Source of the DNA: an uncultured Chloroflexia bacterium
GTDB taxonomy: Bacteria > Chloroflexota > Limnocylindria > Limnocylindrales > CSP1-4
DNA length: 64,000 nucleotides
Direction: 5' to 3'
NCBI GenBank assembly: GCA_963833225.1
Contig: CAWHXD010000007.1
Coordinates: 224,001 to 288,000, forward strand
In this document: positions 63,214 through 64,000 of the stretch, piece by piece
Numbering within the stretch: position 1 is the stretch's first letter
Layout: each line of letters starts with the position of its first letter
Program-made: the position numbers and the translations under genes
Notes under the pieces: generated by a model
Told to the model about the DNA's origin: nothing
What the model saw: the letters and a program-made list of their open reading frames with translations, nothing else
Databases searched by the model: none

Positions 63214-63831
63214 ATGCCCATCGACATTCCCACCACCCCGCACGCCCACACTGCCGACCTCGAGGCATGCCTCGATCTGATCAACACGGTCGAGCTGACC
63301 GACGGGGTTCCCGACGACCACATCCCCACCGCCGAGGACGCGATCGCCTTCCTCGCGGAGCGCGACCTGGCCCACGAGGCCGACCTGCGCCGCCAGCAGC
63401 GTCGCGAGGGCGACGCGTGGCTGGACCGGGTCCGGGAGACCCGTTCCGCCCTGCGTGAGCTGTGGGATTCGCAGGTCGAGGGTCGCGCACCCGCATCGGG
63501 CGCCCTCGTCACACTCAACGCCCTGCTGGACCGCGCGCCACGAGTCGAGCTGCGCGCCACCCTGGCCGGCGTCGAGATCACGCACGACCACCGGCCCGAC
63601 GATCCCACGGGCGAGGCGCTCGCTCGCACCGCCATGCCGCTCGTGGAGGCGATCGCGACCGGCCAGACGGACCGGTTCCGGATCTGCGCCAACGACGGCT
63701 GCCGCTGGGTGTTCGAGGATTCCTCGCGCGCGGGCCGCCGCCGATGGTGCGACATGACCACCTGCGGCAACCGCGCGAAGGTCCGGCGGTTCCGCTCGCG
63801 GCAGCGCGAGGGCTCGTCAGCGCCCGGCTGA
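63214..63831 (+). CDS. ABATE-domain / CGNR zinc-finger regulator
   Basis: CLDLINT; RICANDGCRWVFEDSSRAGRRRWCDMTTCGNRAKVRRFR. Confidence 0.93.
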   Translation: MPIDIPTTPHAHTADLEACLDLINTVELTDGVPDDHIPTAEDAIAFLAERDLAHEADLRRQQRREGDAWLDRVRETRSALRELWDSQVEGRAPASGALVTLNALLDRAPRVELRATLAGVEITHDHRPDDPTGEALARTAMPLVEAIATGQTDRFRICANDGCRWVFEDSSRAGRRRWCDMTTCGNRAKVRRFRSRQREGSSAPG

Positions 63832-63851
63832 GCGCACCGCCGGGCGGCCGG

Positions 63852-64000
63852 TCAGAGCTGCTCGAGGCGCGGCCTGACCTCCGTCGCGAACCGCGTCATC
63901 GACTCCTCGTCATAGTCCGCGGGGACACCCACGATCAGGTGCCGATACCCGAGCGCGACCTTGGGGGCGATCTTCTCGACCACATCGTCCACCGTGCCCA
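63852..64000 (-). CDS. 3' end of a probable LLM-class flavin-dependent oxidoreductase (partial)
   Basis: GTVDDVVEKI...LGYRHLIVG...ESMTRFATEVRPRLEQL*. Confidence 0.6.
   Translation of the reverse strand, partial: GTVDDVVEKIAPKVALGYRHLIVGVPADYDEESMTRFATEVRPRLEQL

Overview
This is a very GC-rich bacterial chromosome segment; gene content and style suggest Chloroflexota, but that is an inference. Bases 1-53 kb are mostly housekeeping: selA-selB-mobA, an SbcD/SbcC-like pair, an Rrf2 regulator with a sulfonate/nitrate-type ABC transporter, an LCP protein, corA, citrate synthase, a pentose-phosphate cluster (tkt, rpiB, zwf, opcA, pgl, and a 92-bp gnd remnant), psuG, pyrG, rho, obgE-nadD-rsfS, holA and comEC-comEA. 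Many genes carry single-base frameshifts, most likely uncorrected long-read indels. The main discovery is an ~8.85-kb integrated element (53083-61929) bounded by a perfect 13-bp direct repeat, AGGGGGCACGTCC. It encodes a large serine recombinase, an AAA_25/RepA-type helicase followed by an origin-like repeat region, a P27-type small terminase and an HK97-fold capsid protein, but no recognisable large terminase, portal or tail genes, so it looks like a phage satellite. Joining its ends builds a symmetric attP that creates TTGACA-N15-TATAAT directly in front of the recombinase ATG. It sits between comEA-comEC and a likely upstream promoter, and it carries a lower-GC three-gene cassette (TIGR04255-like, unknown, ART-like) that is a candidate toxin-antitoxin-chaperone or anti-phage system. 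No rRNA, tRNA or CRISPR array was seen.
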